This document shows positions 6,871 to 14,022 of a DNA stretch of 34,600 nt, piece after piece; positions within the stretch are counted from its first letter, which is position 1; every line of letters starts with the position of its first letter. The stretch is from positions 1-34,600 of IMG/VR virus record IMGVR_UViG_3300025917_000011; one strand, written 5' to 3'. Made by a program: the position numbers and the translations under genes. The DNA is from a virus. The notes beneath the pieces are model-generated. The model was given only the letters and a program-made list of their open reading frames with translations, ran no database searches and had not been told where the DNA came from.

Positions 6871-6888
6871 ATGCAAGTCGCGTGCCAA
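6871..6888 (-). promoter_or_regulatory. Sigma-54 (RpoN) type -24/-12 promoter reading leftward.
   Basis: The minus strand reads TGGCACGCGACTTGCAT, an exact match to TGGCACG-N4-TTGCW. The ATG at 6825 lies 46 nt after the -12 element. Confidence 0.6.
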
Positions 6889-6913
6889 CAGCTTTCAGCC
6901 CTATTCACATCAA

Positions 6914-6936
6914 AAAGTGACGCGCAACGTCACTTT
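6914..6936. promoter_or_regulatory. Palindromic site AAAGTGACG-N5-CGTCACTTT; candidate operator or enhancer site.
   Basis: Perfect 9-bp arms, read directly. Centred about 64 nt upstream of the predicted sigma-54 transcription start. Confidence 0.6.
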
Positions 6937-6948
6937 CCATGCCCTAAA

Positions 6949-6975
6949 ACGTCACCAAGTGACGCAATACGTCAT
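6949..6975. promoter_or_regulatory. Second site cluster: ACGTCAC-N3-GTGACG-N5-CGTCAT.
   Basis: Uses the same GTGACG/CGTCAC half-sites. The GTGACG-N5-CGTCAT dyad is centred 42 bp (about 4 helical turns) from the first dyad. Confidence 0.55.
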
Positions 6976-7103
6976 CTTCTTCCGTTCAGTCACCCAGCCC
7001 AACAACAACCCAACAACGGCCTTTCGTGTGCATGTGTTATGTGAGTGAGGATGGGTGGACGGGGAAAGTACACCCACACCCACCTATCCTTGGTTCTCAA
7101 ACC

Positions 7104-7124
7104 AATACTGATCAGTACAGTATT
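7104..7124. repeat. Palindrome TACTGATCAGTA (7106-7117) nested in AATACTG...CAGTATT.
   Basis: Perfect 12-bp palindrome centred on GATC, read directly. Confidence 0.85.
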
Positions 7125-7169
7125 CATCCAATCATTCATGGATCACCAAAGGTACAGCCATTGCCCGGC

Positions 7170-7189
7170 AACGGTCGATCAGGACCGTT
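7170..7189. repeat. Inverted repeat AACGGTC-GATCAG-GACCGTT.
   Basis: Perfect 7-bp arms around a spacer that contains GATC. Confidence 0.85.
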
Positions 7190-7410
7190 CAAACTGCTCA
7201 CTGATGGGAGAGCCCAAGAATGCTTTGTGAAGGGCGAACAGCATGGAATTGTTTTGCACCCACACTACGCCCACCCCAAAAAAATCCTGTGGAAAGGGTT
7301 GTGTAAAGGGTAGTTGACAAGTAAGTGGATTAACCTTTGATTTCTTATAGGAATCAATTATTTAGTAATACATTCATAAACAGTGGTTTCGACAGAGTGA
7401 TTTCCGACGA

Positions 7411-7643
7411 CTGCTTTTGATCTTGGCTACGGGCTTGCGATGGTTTTGATCTGGATTTTCTCAAAGGCTTTTGCTTTTGATCGCGGTAGGTCGAAGCGGT
7501 GTTTGAACGCTTGCTGGGGTCTGGCTCTTGATCTGCATGCTCGCGGTAGGTTGACCTAAGGCGAGCGTGGAGATCAAGAGCCAGGAAGGGGCGAAAGACG
7601 ATCCCGGGCTACGTAGGCGGGGCGATCAAAGGCAAAAGCCTTT
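7411..7643. other. Putative origin of replication: GATC-bearing iterons plus a nested dyad centred near 7553.
   Basis: Direct repeats of (T)GCTTTTGATC-like sequence have their GATC at 7419, 7448, 7479 and 7530, with the first three spaced about 30 bp apart. The 14-bp perfect arms 7521-7534 and 7571-7584, and the 22-nt arms 7463-7484 and 7622-7643 (21/22 complementary), share one centre. There are 7 GATC sites in 209 bp. An AT-rich tract (7321-7380, about 23% GC) and two 7/9 DnaA-box-like sites (7288-7296, 7324-7332) lie just upstream. Confidence 0.5.
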
Positions 7644-7739
7644 GGAGGAAAGCCGGGGAGCAGGAGCGAAAGCAGAAGCTTGCCTGATTCACGTACTCAA
7701 GCGTATGGGCAGGGGTTGGTATAAGATAAAGAAGGGATG

Positions 7740-7837
7740 CTCTGGAACCCGCATCAGGACGCGGGTACAGTAAATTGATTGACGCACGGAAAAATATCGT
7801 ATAGTTTATATGCCTTCATTGGATGCGGGTTCCAGAG
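7740..7837. repeat. Perfect 16-bp inverted repeat (CTCTGGAACCCGCATC at 7740-7755, GATGCGGGTTCCAGAG at 7822-7837) enclosing the rep promoter.
   Basis: Read directly. A T6 run follows at 7844-7849, just before the rep Shine-Dalgarno. Confidence 0.85.
7779..7807 (+). promoter_or_regulatory. Candidate sigma-70 promoter for the RepL-like gene: TTGACG-N17-TAGTTT.
   Basis: The hexamers are read from the sequence. TATAGT at 7800 is an alternative -10 with a 15-nt spacer. Confidence 0.4.
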
Positions 7838-7859
7838 GCTCGCTTTTTTGGAGGAAAAA

Positions 7860-8261
7860 ATGCAACCTGAACGGAGTACAGTAATTGGCGATGACTTCGT
7901 GATGCTGATCCAGAACAAGAAGTGGGGCCAAAAATTGATGGATTTTAAGGAGTTGGGGTTCCGGACCCGGGTGCTTTTGGTCTTGTTGGACAAGGTGACG
8001 TACGGGAACGAGGTGTGGCAGACGGGAACGAGCATTGCCAAGACCCTTGGAACCTCTCCCATGGTGGTGAATCGTCATTTGGCGTATTACGCGAAGGTCG
8101 GTCTGATTCGTCGCGGAGGGGATGGGGAACGCTTCAAGATTTATCTCAACGAGGATTTTTTCTGGAAGGGCGGACGTGTCGGACGCATCATCGCCAAGCG
8201 CCAGTCCACAACCCACCGGTTCCAGCGATCCCGTGAGGTGCCATCGTGCGAACGTACTTGA
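7860..8261 (+). CDS. Winged-helix replication initiator candidate, RepL-like.
   Basis: GGAGGA Shine-Dalgarno then ATG at 7860. The pattern RVLLVLLDKVTYGNEVWQTGTSIAKTLGTSPMVVNRHLAYYAKVGLIRR ... KIYLNEDFFWKG resembles RepL-family wHTH proteins. It lies directly downstream of the iteron region. GC is about 48%. Confidence 0.5.
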   Translation: MQPERSTVIGDDFVMLIQNKKWGQKLMDFKELGFRTRVLLVLLDKVTYGNEVWQTGTSIAKTLGTSPMVVNRHLAYYAKVGLIRRGGDGERFKIYLNEDFFWKGGRVGRIIAKRQSTTHRFQRSREVPSCERT

Positions 8262-8485
8262 GGGTTCCCTACGCCGAGAAGGACGCCGCCAAGCGTGCGG
8301 GCGCGCGCTGGGACGGCGAAAAGCGCTTGTGGTACGTGCAGGACATGGACAATCTGCGCCCCGTGATGCCGTGGATTCCCGAAGCCCTGAAACGACCATG
8401 GAACGCGCGTTCGCTTCCCCGCAAACCCGAGCCTTCCCTTTCTCCGAAAAGGGCGTACACTCTGCCCAGCCGACACGGAGCCTGA
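8246..8485 (+). CDS. DUF5710 domain protein, 79 aa.
   Basis: YLRVPYAEKDAAKRAGARWDGEKRLWYV matches the DUF5710 signature seen at the N-termini of plasmid and phage primase/helicase-type proteins. GTG start. Confidence 0.7.
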   Translation: MRTYLRVPYAEKDAAKRAGARWDGEKRLWYVQDMDNLRPVMPWIPEALKRPWNARSLPRKPEPSLSPKRAYTLPSRHGA

Positions 8486-8487
8486 TC

Positions 8488-8706
8488 ATGCCCTTCCCGA
8501 TGCGTCCCGCGAATCCCCCGCAATTCCTTCCCACGGGAGGCAATCCCAAGGTCCGTACGTTCCGCCCCAATGGCCTGGATGGTTTTACCGGCCCCGACTA
8601 TCGCGAACGCCGCATGGCCGGTCCCGTGATTCCTGCGCTGGCTCCGGCGCGCAGCGTCAAGCGAATGGGTGTCGCGGTCGGAAATCGTGGAGAGTGGAAA
8701 CGGTGA
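8488..8706 (+). CDS. Possible hypothetical protein, 72 aa.
   Basis: Distal part of ORF 8122..8706, from the ATG 3 nt after the upstream stop. Third codon positions are moderately GC-rich and no motif was recognised. Confidence 0.3.
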   Translation: MPFPMRPANPPQFLPTGGNPKVRTFRPNGLDGFTGPDYRERRMAGPVIPALAPARSVKRMGVAVGNRGEWKR

Positions 8707-9053
8707 GGACGAACCTTGGGGTGAGGATGGCGATCCGCCGCTCCCCCATCGCCGCTTCCGATTGGGCACGCGAACTGGGCGTGGGTCATTCCGAAATCGT
8801 CAAGCTGCGCGATGGCTGGTCCTGCATCCAGCACGGACCTTTGATGCAACGCCTTGTCCGCATGCTGCAAGCCTTGGATGAAGGGCGCGTGCATTGGGAG
8901 AAGCGTCCGGCCCGTCGTCCCAAGGGACGCCCCTATCACGTGCTGGTCGGCAACGAGAAGTTCACCCCTTCAACCATGGGCCTGTACGCCGATTTCACCA
9001 CCGGCCGCATGGTCAAACGCGCATGGAGCGAATCCGATGCGCTTTCCTGTTGA
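8694..9053 (+). CDS. HTH DNA-binding protein; candidate small terminase subunit.
   Basis: HTH-like segment ASDWARELGVGHSEIVKLRDG. It sits immediately upstream of, and overlaps, terL. The start is uncertain (8694, 8703 or 8727). Confidence 0.4.
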   Translation: METVRTNLGVRMAIRRSPIAASDWARELGVGHSEIVKLRDGWSCIQHGPLMQRLVRMLQALDEGRVHWEKRPARRPKGRPYHVLVGNEKFTPSTMGLYADFTTGRMVKRAWSESDALSC

Positions 9054-10833
9054 ACAATTCCGAACGTTCTGCGGTGCACTGCAACTCAATTCCAAGGAAC
9101 AGGGCCGGGTACGTTTCACGTGGAACGGTGCCCAGCGCCGTTTCATCGATCTTGTTGCCAAGGGACTGGAAAAAGGCATCCACAAGTTTGTCGTGTGCAA
9201 GGCCCGCCAGCTTGGCCTCACGACGGTTTGCCTCGCGTTGGACCTTTTCTGGCTGTATCGGAATGCCGGGATGCAAGGCGCGATGGCGGTTCCGAATGAA
9301 ACGGTCCGCGACCTGTCCCGCAACATCATCGACAATTACATCGACGGCCTTCCGCCTTCAATGAAGTGGCCGAGGCTGCTTAACAACCGCAACGAAATGC
9401 GTTTTGCCAACGAATCACGCCTTGCCCATCTGATCGCGGGTGGACGCAACTCGGGCGCGTTGGCACGCGGTCAGGGCCTCTCTTTCGTCCACGCCACCGA
9501 AATGTCGTCGTGGGCCGATCCCGAAGGCGTGATTTCGCTTGAGGCGTCGATGGCTGAAACCCACAAGCGCCGCCTGTATGTGTTCGAGAGCACCTCGCGC
9601 GGCTTCAACGTGTTCCACGACATGTGGAAGGACGCCGAGCTTTCGATGTCCACCGAGGCCGTTTTCATTGGGTGGTGGGCCAAGGAGGATTACCGGATCG
9701 AGGAAACCTCGCGGCTCTGGAACACCTATGGCCGCAGCCACTTGTCCGCCGAGGAAAAGATGTGGGGGAAGGAAGTCAAGAAGCTCTACGGCGTGGAACT
9801 GGACCGCCAGCAATGGGCGTGGTGGCGCTGGAAGTGGGCGGAAAGCGGCGGCAGTCGGCTGCTGCTCGCCGAATATCCCTTCACCGCCGACCAATCCTTC
9901 GTCATGACGGGAAGCGAATTTTTCCCCTTGCAAACGCTCCAGGACATGCTGAAACGGACGCATGGGGATGAAGGCGAGTCGTGGAACTACAAGCTCTCGA
10001 CCCGTTTCGAGAACACGGAAGTTTACCGCGACGAGGACGGTCCCTTGACCGTGTGGGAAGAACCGCAACCGGATTGTGCCTACGTGATCGCCGCCGACCC
10101 TGCCTACGGCGAATCGGAATGGGCGGACTGCTTTTGCATCGAAGTCCTGAAATGCACCGCGACGGGCGCCGAACAGGTGGCGGAATTCAACACGCCCGAT
10201 TGCACCATGTACGGCTTTGCGTGGATCATGGCGCATTTGGCAGGTGCCTATTCGACGCCCAGGCATGCACCGACCGTGATCCTGGAATTGGGCGGACCGG
10301 GGCGCGGCGTTTTGCAGGAACTTCAACGGATGCCAAGCCAGTACGCCGCGACCGTGGCGGGCCTTTCGGATCGTGCACGGGCGGAACTCGCCGACATTTT
10401 CGGTTCGATCCAGCACTACCTGTACCGGCGCCCCGACAGCCTTTCCGGTTCGTCCCTGTTGCAATGGGAAACCACGTGGAAGACCAAGCAGATCATGATG
10501 AACACGCTGCGTGACCTGATTGAACGCGGCATGATCAAGATTCGCAGCGAAGCGTGGATCAACGAAGCGCGCTACGTGACCCAGAACGGCACATCGATCA
10601 AGGCCGAAGGCCGCACGCAGAAGGATGATCGGGTGATTGCCATGGCCTTGGGCTGCATGGCGTGGCAGGAACAATTGATGCCCCAGTTGTTGATGGGCCG
10701 GGGCATGGACGAATATTCCGGAATGGAGCACAATGCGGTCGCGCGTTCGATTGGGAACTGGCTGTCCAACCTCAACGCACAGACCGAAGAATCGAATTGG
10801 CAGAAAGCCGGGAGCATGTCATGGCAAGACTGA
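9037..10833 (+). CDS. terL: Terminase large subunit.
   Basis: ATPase motifs are KARQLGLTT (Walker A-like) and LSFVHATEMSSW. RNaseH-like nuclease motifs are YVIAADPAYGESEWADCF and KDDRVIAMALGCMAW. ORF 8854..10833 is trimmed to the ATG at 9037. Confidence 0.9.
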   Translation: MRFPVEQFRTFCGALQLNSKEQGRVRFTWNGAQRRFIDLVAKGLEKGIHKFVVCKARQLGLTTVCLALDLFWLYRNAGMQGAMAVPNETVRDLSRNIIDNYIDGLPPSMKWPRLLNNRNEMRFANESRLAHLIAGGRNSGALARGQGLSFVHATEMSSWADPEGVISLEASMAETHKRRLYVFESTSRGFNVFHDMWKDAELSMSTEAVFIGWWAKEDYRIEETSRLWNTYGRSHLSAEEKMWGKEVKKLYGVELDRQQWAWWRWKWAESGGSRLLLAEYPFTADQSFVMTGSEFFPLQTLQDMLKRTHGDEGESWNYKLSTRFENTEVYRDEDGPLTVWEEPQPDCAYVIAADPAYGESEWADCFCIEVLKCTATGAEQVAEFNTPDCTMYGFAWIMAHLAGAYSTPRHAPTVILELGGPGRGVLQELQRMPSQYAATVAGLSDRARAELADIFGSIQHYLYRRPDSLSGSSLLQWETTWKTKQIMMNTLRDLIERGMIKIRSEAWINEARYVTQNGTSIKAEGRTQKDDRVIAMALGCMAWQEQLMPQLLMGRGMDEYSGMEHNAVARSIGNWLSNLNAQTEESNWQKAGSMSWQD

Positions 10834-11045
10834 CCGCCGCCAAACGACGCGGCATGAAACGCAGCACGTTTGCCCTATCGGGGCGCCGGTTTCCCGTCAA
10901 TGACGCGGCGCACGCCCGCGCAGCCCTGTCGGGCGCGACCCGCGCCTTGCGAGCAGGCAACATCACCGCATCCGAAGCCCGCAAAGTGCGTGGCAAAGCC
11001 CGCGCCAAGCTGCGCGGCTCATCGTCCCGTTCCCGTCGCCGGTAG
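10821..11045 (+). CDS. Small basic phage protein, 74 aa (RRFPVNDAAHARAALS motif).
   Basis: ORF 10662..11045 trimmed to the ATG at 10821, which overlaps the terL 3' end. Confidence 0.5.
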   Translation: MARLTAAKRRGMKRSTFALSGRRFPVNDAAHARAALSGATRALRAGNITASEARKVRGKARAKLRGSSSRSRRR

Positions 11046-11055
11046 GAGTTCCCGC

Positions 11056-11241
11056 ATGGGCATTGTGATCGTTGTCTTGTTGGCCATCCTGATCCTGTTC
11101 GCGGTCGCCGAAGTGCGCGCGCATCGCAAGCACATCGCAATCCAAACGGTCTTGCATGCCGAAGTGTCCTCCGGCATTGCTGACCTCAAGATGGCGATTG
11201 GCAAGCTGGACTCGAAATTCGATGGCGGGGCCAAGTCGTGA
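11056..11241 (+). CDS. Small membrane-anchored protein, 61 aa.
   Basis: TAGGAG Shine-Dalgarno. N-terminal hydrophobic helix IVIVVLLAILILFAVA. Confidence 0.45.
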   Translation: MGIVIVVLLAILILFAVAEVRAHRKHIAIQTVLHAEVSSGIADLKMAIGKLDSKFDGGAKS

Positions 11242-11741
11242 AGCGCTGGCGCTGCAACGCGTGTCTCAAACGCGGCCTTCCTGCCGAGGAATGCGAATGG
11301 GAAGATCATCTGACCCAAAGCCATTGCCGGGCGTGCGGCGAAGCGGCCACGCGCATCATGGAATTCGGCTGTTTCCAGTGCCACGACGAAGGTGTTATTT
11401 TTTTCGGGGAAGTCGCAAGCTCGCATCCTTGCCCCGAATGCGGCTCGGACGCCTTCCGGATCGTGTATGCACCTGCCGTGATCGGGCAGGCGAGCCGTGC
11501 CGCGCATGCCGCCGCCGACAAGCTGCTCGAAACTGAATTGCAGAACCAGAAAATCTCGACCACCAGCCTCAAGCGTGAACCCAAGCGCAAGGCCGAAGCC
11601 GCTCCCGGCCCCTTCGCAGCCCACTGGTCGGACGCCAAGGAACTCTTACCGGCAGGCGGCCGGGGCGTAGGGGGGCAATTGCCCTTCGGCATGCCGCGTC
11701 CCATTACTGCCGTCGTCGGAAAGTACGACGGTCCAGCCTGA
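11238..11741 (+). CDS. Protein with four CxxC pairs (double zinc ribbon), 167 aa.
   Basis: CNAC, CRAC, CFQC and CPEC pairs. GTG start overlaps the upstream stop. Lies between terL and the portal gene. Confidence 0.55.
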   Translation: MKRWRCNACLKRGLPAEECEWEDHLTQSHCRACGEAATRIMEFGCFQCHDEGVIFFGEVASSHPCPECGSDAFRIVYAPAVIGQASRAAHAAADKLLETELQNQKISTTSLKREPKRKAEAAPGPFAAHWSDAKELLPAGGRGVGGQLPFGMPRPITAVVGKYDGPA

Positions 11742-13420
11742 TGCGTATACCTCTCGCCATCGACGAGCGGTCGGCATGGCTGGATCGTACACGCCAGCAG
11801 TTGCGGCGTTCGCTCGACCAGCGCCGTGGCCACTATGGATCGTGGCGGACGTGGTATCTACATGGGGGATTTGAGTGGGGCGCGCGTTACAACAAGATCG
11901 GGCCGCAACTCAACACCCTTTCGTCCTATCTCTACTCGCCGCGTTCGGTGCGTTTTGGCCTGAACGCGGGTCCTTTGGCGGATGAAGGCCAATTGGGCAT
12001 GTACGAAGCAGTCTCGGACCGCCTGCGTTCGTTGTGGGGCGAGTCCGGCGCAGATCAGCACTACGCCCACGGCGCCCTGTGGTCGCTGGTGTACGGCTGC
12101 GAAGTTCAGAAATTCGGATGGGGCGCCAAGCGTCCACGCTGTGATGCCGTGGGGGCAGGCAATTTCGGCGTGTGGCGGGATGATTTGCCGGGACTCGAAG
12201 GCCAGCAGGCCCTTTTGCACACTTTTCGGCTGGACGTCGATACGGTGCGGGGTTGGCTGATCGGCGCGGGCATGCCAGAAATGGAAGCCGAGCGCTGGAT
12301 ACGTCGCTGGGGCGAAGGCAAACCTGCTGCACACATGGCACAAGGCACGCTCGCGATCGGTGCGCAGAATCCGATCGTCTGGAATGGGAGCGCGCCGGGC
12401 ACCGTGGCGGGGGGCGTGGCAGATTGGGGGTCGACTTCAGCAGTCTATGACGCGGCTTCGGACACGCCAACGCTCGAAATCGAAGAAATCTGGGCGATGG
12501 ATGATCGCACCCACGATTACCGCATCTTCCAGACAGTGGAACACGATTTGATCCTTTCGGATCGCAAAAATGATTTCCTGCCGCACCACCATCCCTTTGT
12601 GCAGATGACGGTCGATCCAATCGACGATTATTTCTGGGGGTATTCGACGGTCGCGCAATTGATTCCCCTGCAGGCGTGGCGCGAAAAGCGCATGAACCAG
12701 TTGGACCGCCTGTTCGCGCGCCAAGCCAATCCGCCGATGGTCTTTTCAGGCTTCATGGGCGGTGTATCGGATGAAAAGGCGGCGGCGGTCATGCGTCGCG
12801 GTGGTTTGCTCGCCAATTCCCAGACGCCAAGCGCCAAGGTGGACTTGCTCACCCCAAACATCAATGAGCTTTCGTTCACCGAAATTGGCGAGATCGATCA
12901 GATGTTCAATGAAACACTGGGCTTGACCGCTGCTTTGCAGGGCGCATCGACCGGCGGCGAACGTGGCGGTGAACACGCACGCGCTGTCATGAGCGCGGGA
13001 GCGGGCCGTTTGACCCGGCGCATGATGAATGTGGAACGCGCGGTCGCCGAAGGCGCCTCGTTGTTGCTGGGGTTGGCGCGTCGATACGACGATACGATGC
13101 TCGTGACGGAGGATGGCATGAAGTTCACGCTGGCGATGTTGCCGGGCGATGCCAATGTCGAAGTCGCTTCGCATTCGGCGTCACCCTTGTTTGCAGGACA
13201 GGCCCAGCAACAGGCTGAACAATTGATGGAATTGGGCGTTATCGACAAGGAAGATTTCCTTGACCTTGCCGACCCGCCGATGGCGCAAGCCTTGAAGCAG
13301 CGGTTGAAGAAACGCGAGGCGCAACAGGCGCAGCAGATGCAGCAGGCGATTGCATCGGTGCCCGAAGCCGAACGCGGAAGCTTGCTCGGCAAGATTTTCG
13401 GCGGAAGGAGCAAACACTGA
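11741..13420 (+). CDS. Portal protein (putative).
   Basis: 559 aa, located after the terminase and before scaffold and capsid. The acidic/Gln-rich C-terminus is typical of portals. The call is positional plus size; no diagnostic motif was seen. Confidence 0.7.
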   Translation: MRIPLAIDERSAWLDRTRQQLRRSLDQRRGHYGSWRTWYLHGGFEWGARYNKIGPQLNTLSSYLYSPRSVRFGLNAGPLADEGQLGMYEAVSDRLRSLWGESGADQHYAHGALWSLVYGCEVQKFGWGAKRPRCDAVGAGNFGVWRDDLPGLEGQQALLHTFRLDVDTVRGWLIGAGMPEMEAERWIRRWGEGKPAAHMAQGTLAIGAQNPIVWNGSAPGTVAGGVADWGSTSAVYDAASDTPTLEIEEIWAMDDRTHDYRIFQTVEHDLILSDRKNDFLPHHHPFVQMTVDPIDDYFWGYSTVAQLIPLQAWREKRMNQLDRLFARQANPPMVFSGFMGGVSDEKAAAVMRRGGLLANSQTPSAKVDLLTPNINELSFTEIGEIDQMFNETLGLTAALQGASTGGERGGEHARAVMSAGAGRLTRRMMNVERAVAEGASLLLGLARRYDDTMLVTEDGMKFTLAMLPGDANVEVASHSASPLFAGQAQQQAEQLMELGVIDKEDFLDLADPPMAQALKQRLKKREAQQAQQMQQAIASVPEAERGSLLGKIFGGRSKH

Positions 13421-13596
13421 TGCCTCTCGCACGCGGGACTTCGCGCAAGACGCTTTCCCGGAACATTCGTGAGTTGCATACCGGGGAAACCTACGCGCGC
13501 ACCGCAAGGAAATCGGGCAAGCGCGCGGCGAACCGGCAGGCCATTGCCATCGCCTACGCACAGCGCCGGAAATCAAAACGCGGCGCACGCAAATAA
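13420..13596 (+). CDS. Small basic protein, 58 aa (RELHTGETY ... NRQAIAIAYAQRRK).
   Basis: Hand translation; its ATG overlaps the portal TGA. The QAIAIA-type motif recalls a widespread family of small basic proteins. Confidence 0.5.
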   Translation: MPLARGTSRKTLSRNIRELHTGETYARTARKSGKRAANRQAIAIAYAQRRKSKRGARK

Positions 13597-13599
13597 AAC

Positions 13600-13630
13600 T
13601 TGACACCTGTTCGTTCATTGGTGTTATAAA
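13600..13630 (+). promoter_or_regulatory. Near-consensus sigma-70 promoter: TTGACA, then an extended -10 TGtTATAAA.
   Basis: TTGACA is at 13600-13605 and TATAAA at 13625-13630, preceded by TGt. The spacer is 19 nt (18 nt if TTATAA is taken as the -10). It lies in the gap after 13596. Confidence 0.55.
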
Positions 13631-13776
13631 TCCCTCCGTGCAACGCAATCGACCGCCGCGCACATCCGCGCGGAACCGTGCGGTCTTTACCGGAGCGATC
13701 CGGCAACACGCGGCCTCAATCGGGGCAAGGCGGTTGGACCCAGAGATTCCGTCTTACCATCCAATGGAGAAAAGAC

Positions 13777-13860
13777 ATGGCACGCAAGCACAAGAGCACC
13801 AAGCGTTCCGCGAAGCATTCGACGAAGCGCAGTCACAAGCGCTCGTCCAAGCGCGCGTAA
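13777..13860 (+). CDS. Micro-ORF, 27 aa, hyper-basic (MARKHKSTKRSAKHSTKRSHKRSSKRA).
   Basis: GGAGA lies 7 nt upstream. 23 of 27 third codon positions are G or C. Confidence 0.35.
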   Translation: MARKHKSTKRSAKHSTKRSHKRSSKRA

Positions 13861-13869
13861 GGCACGATC

Positions 13870-14013
13870 ATGCGTACGCCCGTCCGCGAACCGCGTGAAC
13901 CGATGGCCCGGAAAAGCAAGGCATCGCCCGCGCGTCCGGCACAACCCATCCATCGCCAACCGACAGGCCGCAACAACACGCGGCCTACGTCGCGCGGCGG
14001 CTACCGTCCGTAG
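13870..14013 (+). CDS. Micro-ORF, 47 aa, basic and Pro/Arg-rich.
   Basis: Hand translation (MRTPVREPREPMARKSKASPARPAQPIHRQPTGRNNTRPTSRGGYRP). Weak AAGG Shine-Dalgarno. Confidence 0.3.
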   Translation: MRTPVREPREPMARKSKASPARPAQPIHRQPTGRNNTRPTSRGGYRP

Positions 14014-14022
14014 GAGTCCATC

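Noticed and set aside
7026-7313. 95-aa plus-strand ORF (GTG start) in the non-coding island; also 7567..7773 (68 aa).
   Set aside because: They have no Shine-Dalgarno, use unusual start codons and show His/Pro-rich or repeat-derived sequence. 7567..7773 runs through the palindromic iteron region. Both are more parsimoniously non-coding.
7314-7319. TTGACA hexamer at the edge of the AT-rich tract as a rightward promoter.
   Set aside because: No TAnnnT-type -10 lies at a 16-19-nt spacing; TTGATT follows instead.
9415-10731. 438-aa minus-strand ORF opposite terL. The 356-aa ORF 15469..16539 opposite the capsid gene and the 248-aa ORF 13687..14433 are similar cases.
   Set aside because: They are antisense to genes with diagnostic motifs or clear operon context, and their composition is typical of GC-rich antisense frames.
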